Assembly (NCBI RefSeq): GCF_000007225.1
Contig: NC_003364.1
Location: 270,001-302,000, forward strand
Direction: 5' to 3'
Origin: Pyrobaculum aerophilum str. IM2
Lineage (GTDB): Archaea; Thermoproteota; Thermoprotei; Thermoproteales; Thermoproteaceae
Length of the DNA: 32,000 nucleotides
Shown here: piece by piece, positions 16,523 to 26,070 of the stretch
Numbering within the stretch: the first letter of the stretch is position 1
How the letters are laid out: each line of letters begins with the position of its first letter
Notes under the pieces: generated by a model
Seen by the model: the letters and a program-made list of their open reading frames with translations, nothing else
What the model was told of the DNA's origin: nothing
Database searches by the model: none
Translations under genes and position numbers: made by a program

Positions 16523-17941
16523 TTAGTTTGATCTCCTTTTCAAGATGTTTATAATTTCTTTTAGTAGTTTATTTACAATAATTCTTGCTGGTTTTGATGA
16601 AACATAGAAATATAATAGAGTCGTTAATGCTATTATTATAGAATTAGGAATATATGTTACTATGCTTGAGATTACATCTTCCGTAGAATAGGGCAGTAAG
16701 GGTAGTGGAGTAAGGTACATTGCTACGATGACAAGAAAAGAGGGTACGTAAAGCTTAGTAACAATATCGTAATATTCCCTGCCTAGGAGAAAGATCTTGT
16801 ATGTGGTTGAGAGGGCGCTCCATATGGCGAATACCCACACCATTCCCACAGCTCCCTTGATGCTTACAGCATAGTGCATAAGAAATATTATCAAGAAAGA
16901 AGTAGCCAAATCGTATATTGCCGCTCTAGCCGGTTTATCTTTTAGTGTAATCACTATGTTTTTTTCTACCCCTAGCAATACAGTGTTGGAGTGAAGTGAA
17001 AAACTGCCTATTACTAACGCTATGGCGTTGAACTTCACAGCGTCTAAGAGCTCCTTATTGTCTAATTCAGATGGTCTTAACAGTGCAACATACCACTCAG
17101 GTGTTTTCATCATAATCGACGCTACTAAGAGGTGGATGTAGATTATAATCGCGCCGTCTAAAAGCGCTCTTCTAGTTTTGTCCTCTTCTTTAAGCAGAGA
17201 TCCGTACATTAAGGAAGTTAGGATCCAGCTTGGGTACACAGTTTTTGTGATTTGGAATAGTAAATAGTAGTATGCAAGCATCACTGAACCTCCTCCAGTT
17301 TGAATGACGTATATAATGCCTGCATTCGCAAAACTTACGAGTAATAAAAGCGTTTGGTACGGCGCACCTTTTACCGCCATTTTAAGAAACCTTACCGCTT
17401 GTGTAAAGTTAGGCCTTGCGACTTTAGATAAAAAAGTGGGTAGGGACATCGCCATATTGATGAGTAATACTAGGTAAACTGTTGGGTTGTTTCTAATGAG
17501 AAATGCGCCTATAATTTTAATTATCTGTGAAATAAATGTAAGAACCCCACTCAAACGTTGTTTGTATATGCTTAAATAGGCACCGGCAGGCCAGCTGTTT
17601 AGTAAAATTATAAAATACCCTATTGCAAATAATGCGACGTCCCACACCCCTATGAGGACAAGGTAGATAGCGTATAACGCCCAACTTATTACTGACGCCA
17701 TAAAGTCAGCGGCGATAAGCTCATTATATCGCTGAGGTTCTCTTGAAAGTAACCGGGGGTACCAAGTGGTAATATAGCCCATAAATGCAAACGCCACACC
17801 AAGCGCAGTATTTACCGCAGTTAATACGGCGAGATCTCCGGTGCTTAGCCGTCGCGTTATGACGAGAGTATAGGCGATAGAAGCCAGTAGGGTGAACAGT
17901 CCGGCGCTGAGTGCTATAAATCGCGAACCTAGTAAAGGCAT
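16523..17941 (-). CDS. Polysaccharide/oligosaccharide flippase (MOP/Wzx-like multi-pass membrane protein)
   Basis: About 470 aa made almost entirely of hydrophobic segments (a dozen or more). It sits at the head of a glycosyltransferase cluster. ATG 17941 is preferred over TTG 17950 given the TATA at 17963-17972. Confidence 0.8.
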   Translation of the reverse strand: MPLLGSRFIALSAGLFTLLASIAYTLVITRRLSTGDLAVLTAVNTALGVAFAFMGYITTWYPRLLSREPQRYNELIAADFMASVISWALYAIYLVLIGVWDVALFAIGYFIILLNSWPAGAYLSIYKQRLSGVLTFISQIIKIIGAFLIRNNPTVYLVLLINMAMSLPTFLSKVARPNFTQAVRFLKMAVKGAPYQTLLLLVSFANAGIIYVIQTGGGSVMLAYYYLLFQITKTVYPSWILTSLMYGSLLKEEDKTRRALLDGAIIIYIHLLVASIMMKTPEWYVALLRPSELDNKELLDAVKFNAIALVIGSFSLHSNTVLLGVEKNIVITLKDKPARAAIYDLATSFLIIFLMHYAVSIKGAVGMVWVFAIWSALSTTYKIFLLGREYYDIVTKLYVPSFLVIVAMYLTPLPLLPYSTEDVISSIVTYIPNSIIIALTTLLYFYVSSKPARIIVNKLLKEIINILKRRSN

Positions 17942-17962
17942 GGATCGCAAAATACAATATAC

Positions 17963-17972
17963 GTTTATATAC
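17963..17972. promoter_or_regulatory. Shared TATA element in a 47-nt divergent intergenic region
   Basis: gtttatatac is centred 27 nt from ATG 17941 (minus) and 21 nt from GTG 17989 (plus). No other AT-rich box fits both genes. Confidence 0.4.
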
Positions 17973-17988
17973 TAAACAATTATCTTCT

Positions 17989-19197
17989 GTGGCTGATAGC
18001 TGCATAATTGCTCATCACTTTTGGGACAGACCTGGCGGCGGAGAGCTTGTAATGGCAAGCTTCGCAGTAGCAACAGAAAGACTGAATTGTTTGCCAGTAA
18101 TTACGTCTCTAACAAAATTTAGTAAAAGAGAAAAATACCGTGATTGGTTTGGAATAGATATGTTGAAATACCCCTCTATAGAGGGTGGTTTTAATATCCG
18201 ATCTTTTGGCCTCTATCTTCGCCTTCTAGTTTGGCAACCAGTAAAGAAGGCGTTAAGGAAATATCATCCCAAATTCGTCATAATAGACATGCCAACTTAT
18301 CGGCCATTAGTGGGGAAAATACCAATAGTAGAGTATATCCACTTCCCTCTAGATGCCGCGTTTGACAAAAAATTCCGCCAAATTGGCTTTTATTACAAAG
18401 ATGATCCTTACACAGCTGAACGATACCGAAAATTTCCATTGAATATCTATGCTTGGGGGTTTACAAGACTATACCCACTTTTTTCAAGGCGCAACCCTTT
18501 TGAAGATGCAGAGGTAGTATTGACAAATTCGCAATGGACCGCGGAGATTGTCAAATCTTTATTTGGGGAAATGCCATTAGTTTTAAACCCGCCACTTCCG
18601 CCCAACATTGAACTCCTAACGAGCCCTCCCATATATGAGGACCGGGAGCCTTGCATCGCTATGCTTGGAAGATACTCCCACGAAAAACGATACCACTGGG
18701 TCCTTCAAAAAATAGCGCCTTTATTAACAAAAGAAGTTCCGGAGACTTCGTTATTAATAATGGGAGACGCCTCTACGCCAACAAGCGCCAATTATTTTCA
18801 GGGCCTAGTAAAATTAATAGAGAAGAGCGGACTGAGACACAGAGTAATATTAATGAAAAATTTAATAAGAAAAGAAATAAATAATATTTTAAGACGGTGT
18901 AAAGTGTTTTTCCATGCCACTATAAATGAGCATTGGGGAATTGCAGTTGCCGAAGCCATGGCTCACGGATTGCCTGTCGTTGTTCACAAAAGCGGAGGTG
19001 CGTGGACAGATTTGGCAGAGAGAGGACAGGTAGGTATTGGATACGTAGATGAAAATGAGGCGGTAGAGGCGCTCTCTAAGTTACTGACTGACAGGAAAAC
19101 TTGGGAGCGCTATGCCATGAGATCGCTAGAAAAGGCAAAGGACTTACACTTCGATAGATTTATAGAAAGAGCTGTTAAACTCTTAACTGATATATGA
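17989..19197 (+). CDS. GT4-family (GT-B fold) glycosyltransferase
   Basis: 402 aa. It carries the canonical EX7E motif EHWGIAVAEAMAHGLPVV and an N-terminal HHFWDRPGGGE. Confidence 0.9.
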   Translation: MADSCIIAHHFWDRPGGGELVMASFAVATERLNCLPVITSLTKFSKREKYRDWFGIDMLKYPSIEGGFNIRSFGLYLRLLVWQPVKKALRKYHPKFVIIDMPTYRPLVGKIPIVEYIHFPLDAAFDKKFRQIGFYYKDDPYTAERYRKFPLNIYAWGFTRLYPLFSRRNPFEDAEVVLTNSQWTAEIVKSLFGEMPLVLNPPLPPNIELLTSPPIYEDREPCIAMLGRYSHEKRYHWVLQKIAPLLTKEVPETSLLIMGDASTPTSANYFQGLVKLIEKSGLRHRVILMKNLIRKEINNILRRCKVFFHATINEHWGIAVAEAMAHGLPVVVHKSGGAWTDLAERGQVGIGYVDENEAVEALSKLLTDRKTWERYAMRSLEKAKDLHFDRFIERAVKLLTDI

Positions 19198-20345
19198 AAT
19201 GGTCATATATTACTATATTTGATCCTAGGTATTATCCACGTCCATTATTCTTTTATAAATGTTGTAAACTACCGGTGTTTTATCTTAGAACTTTTATTGG
19301 ATATCTGCGTAACCCCTCTAAAAAACCCAATATACAAAAATATCCATCATCTGGAGTCAGTAGCAATTTCATAAGAGATCCACTAGAATCTATTTATAAA
19401 TGTCAAAGACAAGATAATAAACTACTTATCGATTCATTAATTTTTGAAGCGCTCTATGCCCCTTATGTTAAAAAAATTGATAGCAATGGCGTAATAGTCA
19501 TGAACCCCCACGGCGTTTTTGCCGCTAAAGGCTTGCGGCGAAAGGTGATACTTGACTTAATGGATCTATGGAGTTGTGAAGATAATAAAATGTACATTAA
19601 CGCTGTAGATTATAAAGCGATGAAGAAAGCCGATTACGTAATTGCGTGGTCTAAAGCCATAAGAGAATTTCTACGGAAAATCGGAGTGAAAAACGTCGTA
19701 TACCTACCATTAGGTATAGATCTCACATTTTTTGATCCCACAAGATACGAGCCCTACCTCTTTTTCAACAAATATCCCCATGTAATTGACAAATTTAGAG
19801 TTGTCTATAGTGGAGGCCTCTGGTACGTGAACAATAGAGAAGTCCTCGGAGTATTAAAGCTGTTAAAAGCATTTAAAATTATAGAAACAAAAAGGCGGGA
19901 TGTCGCTTTGTTAATACAGGCGCCTTCAAAAGTAGTAGAGATGGCAAAAGAAGTTGGCGTGAAGAACTTCATTTATGTGGAAAGGACTGCGAATTCGAAC
20001 GACCCTCTACGTTTGTCGTTCCTGAGATCGGCAGATATTCTAGTATTGACGGGCTCTAAATACCCTTCTGTTTACCTAGCAGAGAGGACTACGATGTTTC
20101 AGTATATGGCGACTGGCCGGGCCATTTTGGCAGAAATGACTCTTGGCGTTAGGGGAGTTTTGCGCCACGGAGAAACGGGCTACCTAGTAGAGATAGATAA
20201 GCCCGAGAGCATCGCCGACGCCATCCTGGAACTCGTAAAAGACGATGGTTTAAGGAAGTACATAGGGAGAAACGCAAGGTTTCAACTTGAGCAGTATTAT
20301 ACATGGGACAAGCTATATGAGAGAGCTAAATTTATTCTAACATGA
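19194..20345 (+). CDS. GT-B-like glycosyltransferase, atypical (paralog of 21498-22664)
   Basis: 383 aa with an ATGA overlap to the upstream gene. The C-terminal VYLAERTTMFQYMATGRAILAE...GVRGVLRHGETGYLV sits where the GT4 nucleotide-sugar site would be, but EX7E is not canonical. It shares its N-terminal FDPRYYPRPLF with the paralog. Confidence 0.8.
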   Translation: MKWSYITIFDPRYYPRPLFFYKCCKLPVFYLRTFIGYLRNPSKKPNIQKYPSSGVSSNFIRDPLESIYKCQRQDNKLLIDSLIFEALYAPYVKKIDSNGVIVMNPHGVFAAKGLRRKVILDLMDLWSCEDNKMYINAVDYKAMKKADYVIAWSKAIREFLRKIGVKNVVYLPLGIDLTFFDPTRYEPYLFFNKYPHVIDKFRVVYSGGLWYVNNREVLGVLKLLKAFKIIETKRRDVALLIQAPSKVVEMAKEVGVKNFIYVERTANSNDPLRLSFLRSADILVLTGSKYPSVYLAERTTMFQYMATGRAILAEMTLGVRGVLRHGETGYLVEIDKPESIADAILELVKDDGLRKYIGRNARFQLEQYYTWDKLYERAKFILT

Positions 20346-21508
20346 TTTGTATATTTTCTCCCGCGGGAGAGTTAACTGGAGGAACCTATAGATCTCTTCG
20401 ATCTATGCTAGGCTTCCCGCGTGGAAAATTCCGTCTATTTATGCCCCTAGACGTAAAACTCTCATTGCTAAACGCACTCAAACAATTGATTAATGATCCG
20501 TTACTTTACTCACTAGTAGCTTCAGCTGAAGAGTTGAACCCAATAGGTACATGTAAAGGAAAGTGGAGATGTTATGTCAATTATGGAAAGAAGTTGATAC
20601 CGCAATTAAAAGAGAGTAAATGTGAAGTCATATATGTACCTCATGAACATCCCTACATCCCGCTGGGGTTTGGGAGCTCTGTGAAATGGGCAATGTTGCT
20701 CCAAGTCACGCCAGTGGTGGGATCCCTTATAACAGAAGAGGGGCGCGGCTTCAGACTATTCTGGAAAAATATGAAACTTAAGTATGAGACATCTCCCATA
20801 AAGATACTGAAAGGATACTATAGGCTACTGACTTATAAAAAGTTATTTAAAATAGGTAAAGTATTTGCAGTATCTAAATCGATCAGCTATGAACTGGAGA
20901 AGTTAGGAATTGGAAGTAATGTGGAAGTTTTATGGCCTGGCGTAGGCGTTGATCCATGTCAACAAAAGAATCCTCCCAATAACCGTGATATTGATGTAAT
21001 TTTCTTCGCAAGACTGCTCCCCGAGAAAGGAATTTACGACTTCCTAAAGGTGGTTAAAATTCTGCAACAACAGAGCCCTAGAATTAAAGCGATCGCCATA
21101 GGCATGGCTGATGAACAAAATTATCAAAGGATAGTCACTTACTCTAAGAACCAAAATATTAATGTTAATATAGTTCACAATCTAAAAAGAGATGAGGCTA
21201 TGAGATTGCTCGGGAGAGCTAAGTTGATGATATACCCCTCAAAGTTTGATGCCTTTCCTCTTGCCGTGTTGGAAGCCTTGTCATGTGGTACTCCTGTTAT
21301 AGCTTACAATATCCCAGCTATACGTTTAAACTTTGAAACACCAGCTGTAATGAAAGTGAGGCCAGGCGATATAATAGAGATGGCAGAATTAGCCTTAATC
21401 ACTTTGTCTAATTACTATGAGTTTGCAGATGAGGCAATTAAATTTGCATCAATGTTTACATGGGAGAATGTGTCACAAACTGAGTGGTCTAGGATCTCTA
21501 GTCTGTAA
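20342..21508 (+). CDS. GT4-family glycosyltransferase
   Basis: 388 aa. FDAFPLAVLEALSCGTPVIAY is an EX7E-type site with Asp at the first position. ATGA overlap with the upstream gene. Confidence 0.85.
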   Translation: MICIFSPAGELTGGTYRSLRSMLGFPRGKFRLFMPLDVKLSLLNALKQLINDPLLYSLVASAEELNPIGTCKGKWRCYVNYGKKLIPQLKESKCEVIYVPHEHPYIPLGFGSSVKWAMLLQVTPVVGSLITEEGRGFRLFWKNMKLKYETSPIKILKGYYRLLTYKKLFKIGKVFAVSKSISYELEKLGIGSNVEVLWPGVGVDPCQQKNPPNNRDIDVIFFARLLPEKGIYDFLKVVKILQQQSPRIKAIAIGMADEQNYQRIVTYSKNQNINVNIVHNLKRDEAMRLLGRAKLMIYPSKFDAFPLAVLEALSCGTPVIAYNIPAIRLNFETPAVMKVRPGDIIEMAELALITLSNYYEFADEAIKFASMFTWENVSQTEWSRISSL

Positions 21509-22664
21509 AAATTTCCCTGAAAAACCTCCTTGCCTTCTCGCCAAGAAGCCCATCCCATCTATACTTCTCCTCGAGTTCAGACCTGGCGTTTTGGCCGAGC
21601 TGATGAGATAAATTAGAGTCGTCTATTAGCAAATCTAATGCATAGGCCAATTTTTTCACGTCATTAAAAGGAACGATATAAGCTGTACGTAAATGCTGTA
21701 AAACGCCCCTTACGCCCGGGGTGTCTTCAGCAACAATAGCGTTCCCCGTCCCCATATACCAGTACATAGTAGTTCGTTCTGCTAGATAAACGCCGGGCAT
21801 TTTTGAAGCAGTCAGTACTAGAATATTCGCAGCTTTTAGAAAGGCCATTCTGAGGGGGTCATTAAAAATTGGAGCAGGCGGAAGAACAACTGCACGTTTT
21901 AAGCCATAATGTCGTATTAACATTTCTATTCTTTTTGCATGGCCCCAAGTTTGCAAAACAAGATATGTGTCTCGACGTTTTTTCTCTAGTATTGAATACG
22001 CCTTAATTAGTTTATCCACACCGTGATACCACTCACCGCCTCCGCTGTACCCTATTATTATATAACTATTTATATTTTTATATTTTTCAAAGAAATATTT
22101 AGTTGATACTTTTTTAGGATCTGATAATGTTAGATCTAAGCCAAATGGTATATACCTTATACATTGGTGTCTTAAATACCTACGCAAAAAGGCATAGATT
22201 GCCTTAGACCAAACAACTATGCATTTGGCATTTCTTAAGGCGTAATAATCAATAGCGTTGAAAGTAGCATACATTTTATCACAATGCCAATAATCCATCA
22301 TATCTATTACAATATTCTTATTTGCCAATTTGGCACCTATGGCGCCTATTAAATTCATAAGGATTATGTTTTTAGTAGGAAGTCTCCGAAAGAAATTAAC
22401 ATATTTAGTTTCAAGGAAAAGAGAGAGACCGTCGTACCACTTGTTTTGTCTATAACAAGGCTCTATAAATTTAAAGGGATCTCTCTCCCTCAATAAATCT
22501 ATTAAGCTTTTTACACGCCCGGTTCTATCTTCGCCGTGAAATATTTGTTTAATTGAAATGGCGTTTTTACCCAACATATAAATCTCTAAGTCGCGAATCG
22601 CCCTTGCCAAAAAGATGGGTCGGGGGAATATCAGTGGGTTAAATCTTGTCACATATGCCTTCAT
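21498..22664 (-). CDS. GT-B-like glycosyltransferase, atypical (paralog of 19194-20345)
   Basis: 388 aa. It has an N-terminal FNPLIFPRPIF and a C-terminal VYLAERTTMYWYMGTGNAIVAE...GVRGVLQHLRTAYIV. Its 3-prime end overlaps the convergent gene by 11 nt. Confidence 0.8.
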   Translation of the reverse strand: MKAYVTRFNPLIFPRPIFLARAIRDLEIYMLGKNAISIKQIFHGEDRTGRVKSLIDLLRERDPFKFIEPCYRQNKWYDGLSLFLETKYVNFFRRLPTKNIILMNLIGAIGAKLANKNIVIDMMDYWHCDKMYATFNAIDYYALRNAKCIVVWSKAIYAFLRRYLRHQCIRYIPFGLDLTLSDPKKVSTKYFFEKYKNINSYIIIGYSGGGEWYHGVDKLIKAYSILEKKRRDTYLVLQTWGHAKRIEMLIRHYGLKRAVVLPPAPIFNDPLRMAFLKAANILVLTASKMPGVYLAERTTMYWYMGTGNAIVAEDTPGVRGVLQHLRTAYIVPFNDVKKLAYALDLLIDDSNLSHQLGQNARSELEEKYRWDGLLGEKARRFFREIFTD

Positions 22665-23611
22665 ATCTCTTCCAGCACGCCGCAGATGTCTTTAAATATT
22701 ATTATGCTCTTAGCGAAAATCATCGTTGTGTACAGAAGGAGCGACTTAATCCACATCTCAGCGCCTTTTCTAAACCCGTACTTTATAGTAAAGAACGCCA
22801 AAGGAACCATCTCCAAAGTTGCCACAATTGGATGGTAGAAAAGCGCGGTAAAAGCTAAGGCATGAAGCGTTCCGTAAAATACCATGTTTCTTTTATGCCT
22901 AGGAGAGGGAGAAAAGGCGTAGATAACACCCTTTTTTAACAACCCTCTGGCATATTGTCTTAGTGGGGTCATAACAGGTACGTCGCTTTTAAGCCTACGG
23001 TTAATGTCGTACGCAACACTACCTCTTAAAAGATAGGACTTGTACCCTTTGCACCTCGCCCGGAGACCAAAGTCGCGATCTTCTGCTTGAGTCATTCTTT
23101 CATCAAACAGCCCAACTCTTTCAAAAACTTCTTTTTTAAAAGCAGTAACGCTGAAGACAACGTAAGGTACGTCAACTATTTGAACATTTATCCGTTTTTC
23201 ATGTAACACTATGTTAAGAAACTTCTCTATCTCCTCTTCGCTTCTTATGTAAACATCTTCTCTCTCAGGTGCTACGATGGGCAACTCAGTACGAATCATA
23301 CGCAGAAGAATACTAGGCGGCGCCAGAATATCACTATCCCAAAATACTATATAATCACCCTTTGCATTTTTGACAACTATATTACGCGCCTCCGGAATAT
23401 TTGTATTTTTTGCTTCGATTATCAGCGTATCTTTTCCTAACATAGTTTTAACTAGATCTACCGATCTATCACTAGAACCTCCATCTACATAAATGACTTC
23501 AAAACTAATACCTGACTGCTCAATTACTGTAAGAGCTTGTTTCACAGCTTTTAAGCTATATTTAAGAATCCATTCACTATTTTTACCTAATATTCCAATA
23601 GTTATTTTCAT
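22661..23611 (-). CDS. GT2-family (GT-A fold) glycosyltransferase with C-terminal membrane segments
   Basis: 316 aa. It has YVDGGSSDRS and a DxD at IVFWDSDIL. The hydrophobic C-terminus reads MVFYGTLHALAFTALFY, LLLYTTMIFAKSIIIF. Confidence 0.85.
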   Translation of the reverse strand: MKITIGILGKNSEWILKYSLKAVKQALTVIEQSGISFEVIYVDGGSSDRSVDLVKTMLGKDTLIIEAKNTNIPEARNIVVKNAKGDYIVFWDSDILAPPSILLRMIRTELPIVAPEREDVYIRSEEEIEKFLNIVLHEKRINVQIVDVPYVVFSVTAFKKEVFERVGLFDERMTQAEDRDFGLRARCKGYKSYLLRGSVAYDINRRLKSDVPVMTPLRQYARGLLKKGVIYAFSPSPRHKRNMVFYGTLHALAFTALFYHPIVATLEMVPLAFFTIKYGFRKGAEMWIKSLLLYTTMIFAKSIIIFKDICGVLEEI

Positions 23612-24663
23612 TTTCTAATATCTTCAACAAATTTCTCTTTATTATTCTTAAACCATTCTATCATGTAAAAACGTTGAGGCGCATATGCTAAGTGTCCTGC
23701 AAAAGAGTCTAACGCTATAAATCTTCCTGCCATATATATATCAGCAAAGAAATTCATACTTTCCTCATCGCCAAAAGGTACTAGAAGACGTGGCAATTTT
23801 ATGTTATTTTGAGGTGTCTCCTGAGGGTTTTCATCGCCTAAGAACTTAGGGCCTGGAGATACCATTCCCCCAATGAATTCTAAAAATGATTTTTCAAATA
23901 AAATTAGTTGAATTGAAAATCTAACAGGTATTACATCAATTTGTTCTTTATTTTTATAGTTAAATTTTTCAGCTGTTTCGTTTAAAGGTAATGACCTTTC
24001 CCATATCCAGCGCGCAACTTGTGGATCGAGCCAAATTGCCTGCTTTGTCCAATTTCTAATAAATATAGCCTTTTCAAAAAGAGCCTCATATTCACTTAAC
24101 AAATCCAAAGTCTTTAAAAAATGATAATACGTCACATTATTAACATTGAGCACAGGAGCGACAAAACCTATATCAAATCCAGCTTCACGCAATCTTTTAT
24201 ATGCATCTAATAGATTTTTTAATGTATAATTTGTTAAAAAAACATCATCATCCATTTTTATAATAATTTTATGCGATGAATTCATTATATAATAATTTTG
24301 TAGCGCTACATAGTTATTTGGAGTCCCTTCCAAATAGCTAAAACCAAACTCCTCAGAAAGCCTTATTGCCTTTTCTCGATTTAAGCCACCTGCATTTAAC
24401 ACCGTTACGTCAAAATTCCCCGAGAATTCATAAACACGCCTAAATACCACATCCCACGTAATAGGGTATAGGCCAGTTAAAATTACGACACCTACTTCTT
24501 TTCCTTGCGATCTGTCAATGTAGTTTACTTTTTTTAAATGAGTATTGTAAGTAGTCTGCATCTTTACAAAAATACGTCTTAAGAGAAACATTACATAATC
24601 ATAATATGTTATTTCACGCTTTAATAATTTAGTAGTCCAATGACGTAAAACTTCTAATCTCAT
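23608..24663 (-). CDS. Unassigned GT-A-like glycosyltransferase candidate (DDD motif)
   Basis: 351 aa and very AT-rich. VGVVILTGLYP...IIIKMDDDVFL looks like a Rossmann-type GT-A core with an acidic DxD. No family was recognised. It is translationally coupled (ATGA) to both neighbours. Confidence 0.7.
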   Translation of the reverse strand: MRLEVLRHWTTKLLKREITYYDYVMFLLRRIFVKMQTTYNTHLKKVNYIDRSQGKEVGVVILTGLYPITWDVVFRRVYEFSGNFDVTVLNAGGLNREKAIRLSEEFGFSYLEGTPNNYVALQNYYIMNSSHKIIIKMDDDVFLTNYTLKNLLDAYKRLREAGFDIGFVAPVLNVNNVTYYHFLKTLDLLSEYEALFEKAIFIRNWTKQAIWLDPQVARWIWERSLPLNETAEKFNYKNKEQIDVIPVRFSIQLILFEKSFLEFIGGMVSPGPKFLGDENPQETPQNNIKLPRLLVPFGDEESMNFFADIYMAGRFIALDSFAGHLAYAPQRFYMIEWFKNNKEKFVEDIRK

Positions 24664-25943
24664 ATTAATTCATTTATTTTTTTGTATATCATGTCTGTGT
24701 TCCAGTAGTGCCAATTGCCCCATCTGCCTACGGTCGTTATGCCTATCTGTCTTAAGTGGGACTCCACTGCCTCTCTATCCTCGGCGTGGGTTAAGGTGTA
24801 GACGGGGTAGCCGTATTTGTGGATCCACGCCTCGGCCGCCTCCACCTCCTCCGCCTTGAAGAGGCCAAGCTCCACAAACCCCTCCAAGGTCCTCTTTATG
24901 AGCTCCTCCCGGTCCACCTCAGAGCCAGGCGGTATGGTTATTTCGGCTATCAGCGAGGCCTTATCGGTCGGCGGCACCGGGAGGTAGTTGGAAATCCAAG
25001 CGTAGCGGTGGAATATAAAACGCCTATCAGGCACGTAGACCCAGTGTTGATCAGGCGCCTTGGCCCTAAGCCCTATCCCCACCACCGCCACGGAGTTGTA
25101 ATCGAGCCTCCCGGCGGCTTTAAACACCTCCTCGGGAGGGGGCGGGTCCAACATGGCGGGGACCTCCCTCAGCGAGAGCGTAGAGACGACGCGATCGGCC
25201 TTCAAGCGGCCGTTGATTAAAAAGCCGTCTTCCGTCTTTTTAATCTCCCTCACCTCCTCCCTTACGGGGATCACGCCGGCCTCCTCAGCCTTTCTCAAGG
25301 CAGAGAGGTATTGGGTGATAATGCCGCCCTCTGGGTAGTAGAAAACCGCCTGCTCCCTGTAGCCCTTAGTCTCGATCCCCGCCACGGCTTTCACAATATC
25401 CTCCAGCGATGGCAACGGCAGCCTCCCCGGCGTATAGACCCAGTCGGCCGAGAGCTCCTCGAGGGGCCTTTTCCAGATCTTCTCGTTGTAGGGAATGAGG
25501 TAGTCGTTGGCCACCTCCTCGCCGAAGGTGTTCACTATCCACTCCTTGAAGTTCGAGGGCCTCTTGCCGCCTTTGGAGTTCTCCACGACGGCCTTTAAGA
25601 GGGAGAGGCCGTACCTCGCCCTCCTCTCCGGCGGCAACACGTAGATCCCGTTCTCAAAGGGGTAGGGGACGTAGGCGCCGTCTAGCAACACGAAGGCCCT
25701 CCTCTCCTTAGCCGCCCAACGGCCTCCGAGAGAGAGAATGCCCTCAAGGACGGAGCGGTCCCGGCTGAAAACCACGTGAGAACCGCCCACGTCGAAGATA
25801 TGACCGTTAACTGTTACGCTACGGAGAAGACCGCCCGAGAAATCTCTATCAAGGCAGACCACGTCGGCCGAGGGATACCGCGTCTTCAACCTAAACGCCG
25901 CCAACACGCCGGACCAACCACAGCCAAGAACAACAACCCTCAT
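24660..25943 (-). CDS. FAD-dependent oxidoreductase, UDP-galactopyranose mutase-like
   Basis: 427 aa. It has an N-terminal dinucleotide-binding VVVLGCGWSGVLAA. PYNEKIWKRPLEELSADW and FYYPEGGI resemble flavin amine-oxidase-fold UGM/HemY-like proteins. Its position in a glycan cluster supports this. Confidence 0.75.
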   Translation of the reverse strand: MRVVVLGCGWSGVLAAFRLKTRYPSADVVCLDRDFSGGLLRSVTVNGHIFDVGGSHVVFSRDRSVLEGILSLGGRWAAKERRAFVLLDGAYVPYPFENGIYVLPPERRARYGLSLLKAVVENSKGGKRPSNFKEWIVNTFGEEVANDYLIPYNEKIWKRPLEELSADWVYTPGRLPLPSLEDIVKAVAGIETKGYREQAVFYYPEGGIITQYLSALRKAEEAGVIPVREEVREIKKTEDGFLINGRLKADRVVSTLSLREVPAMLDPPPPEEVFKAAGRLDYNSVAVVGIGLRAKAPDQHWVYVPDRRFIFHRYAWISNYLPVPPTDKASLIAEITIPPGSEVDREELIKRTLEGFVELGLFKAEEVEAAEAWIHKYGYPVYTLTHAEDREAVESHLRQIGITTVGRWGNWHYWNTDMIYKKINELI

Positions 25944-25960
25944 GGCACACCATATAAATT

Positions 25961-25972
25961 GACTTTATAAAT
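25961..25972 (-). promoter_or_regulatory. TATA box for the minus-strand glycan operon
   Basis: The minus strand reads atttataaagtc, centred about 24 nt upstream of ATG 25943. Confidence 0.45.
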
Positions 25973-26070
25973 ACTCAAACACTAATTCATACAGCGTAAA
26001 AACATATCTGACAAGAGTAATCATACCCATTGCGCTCTTGACAATACTTGACTTACTCTTAAACTTAATC

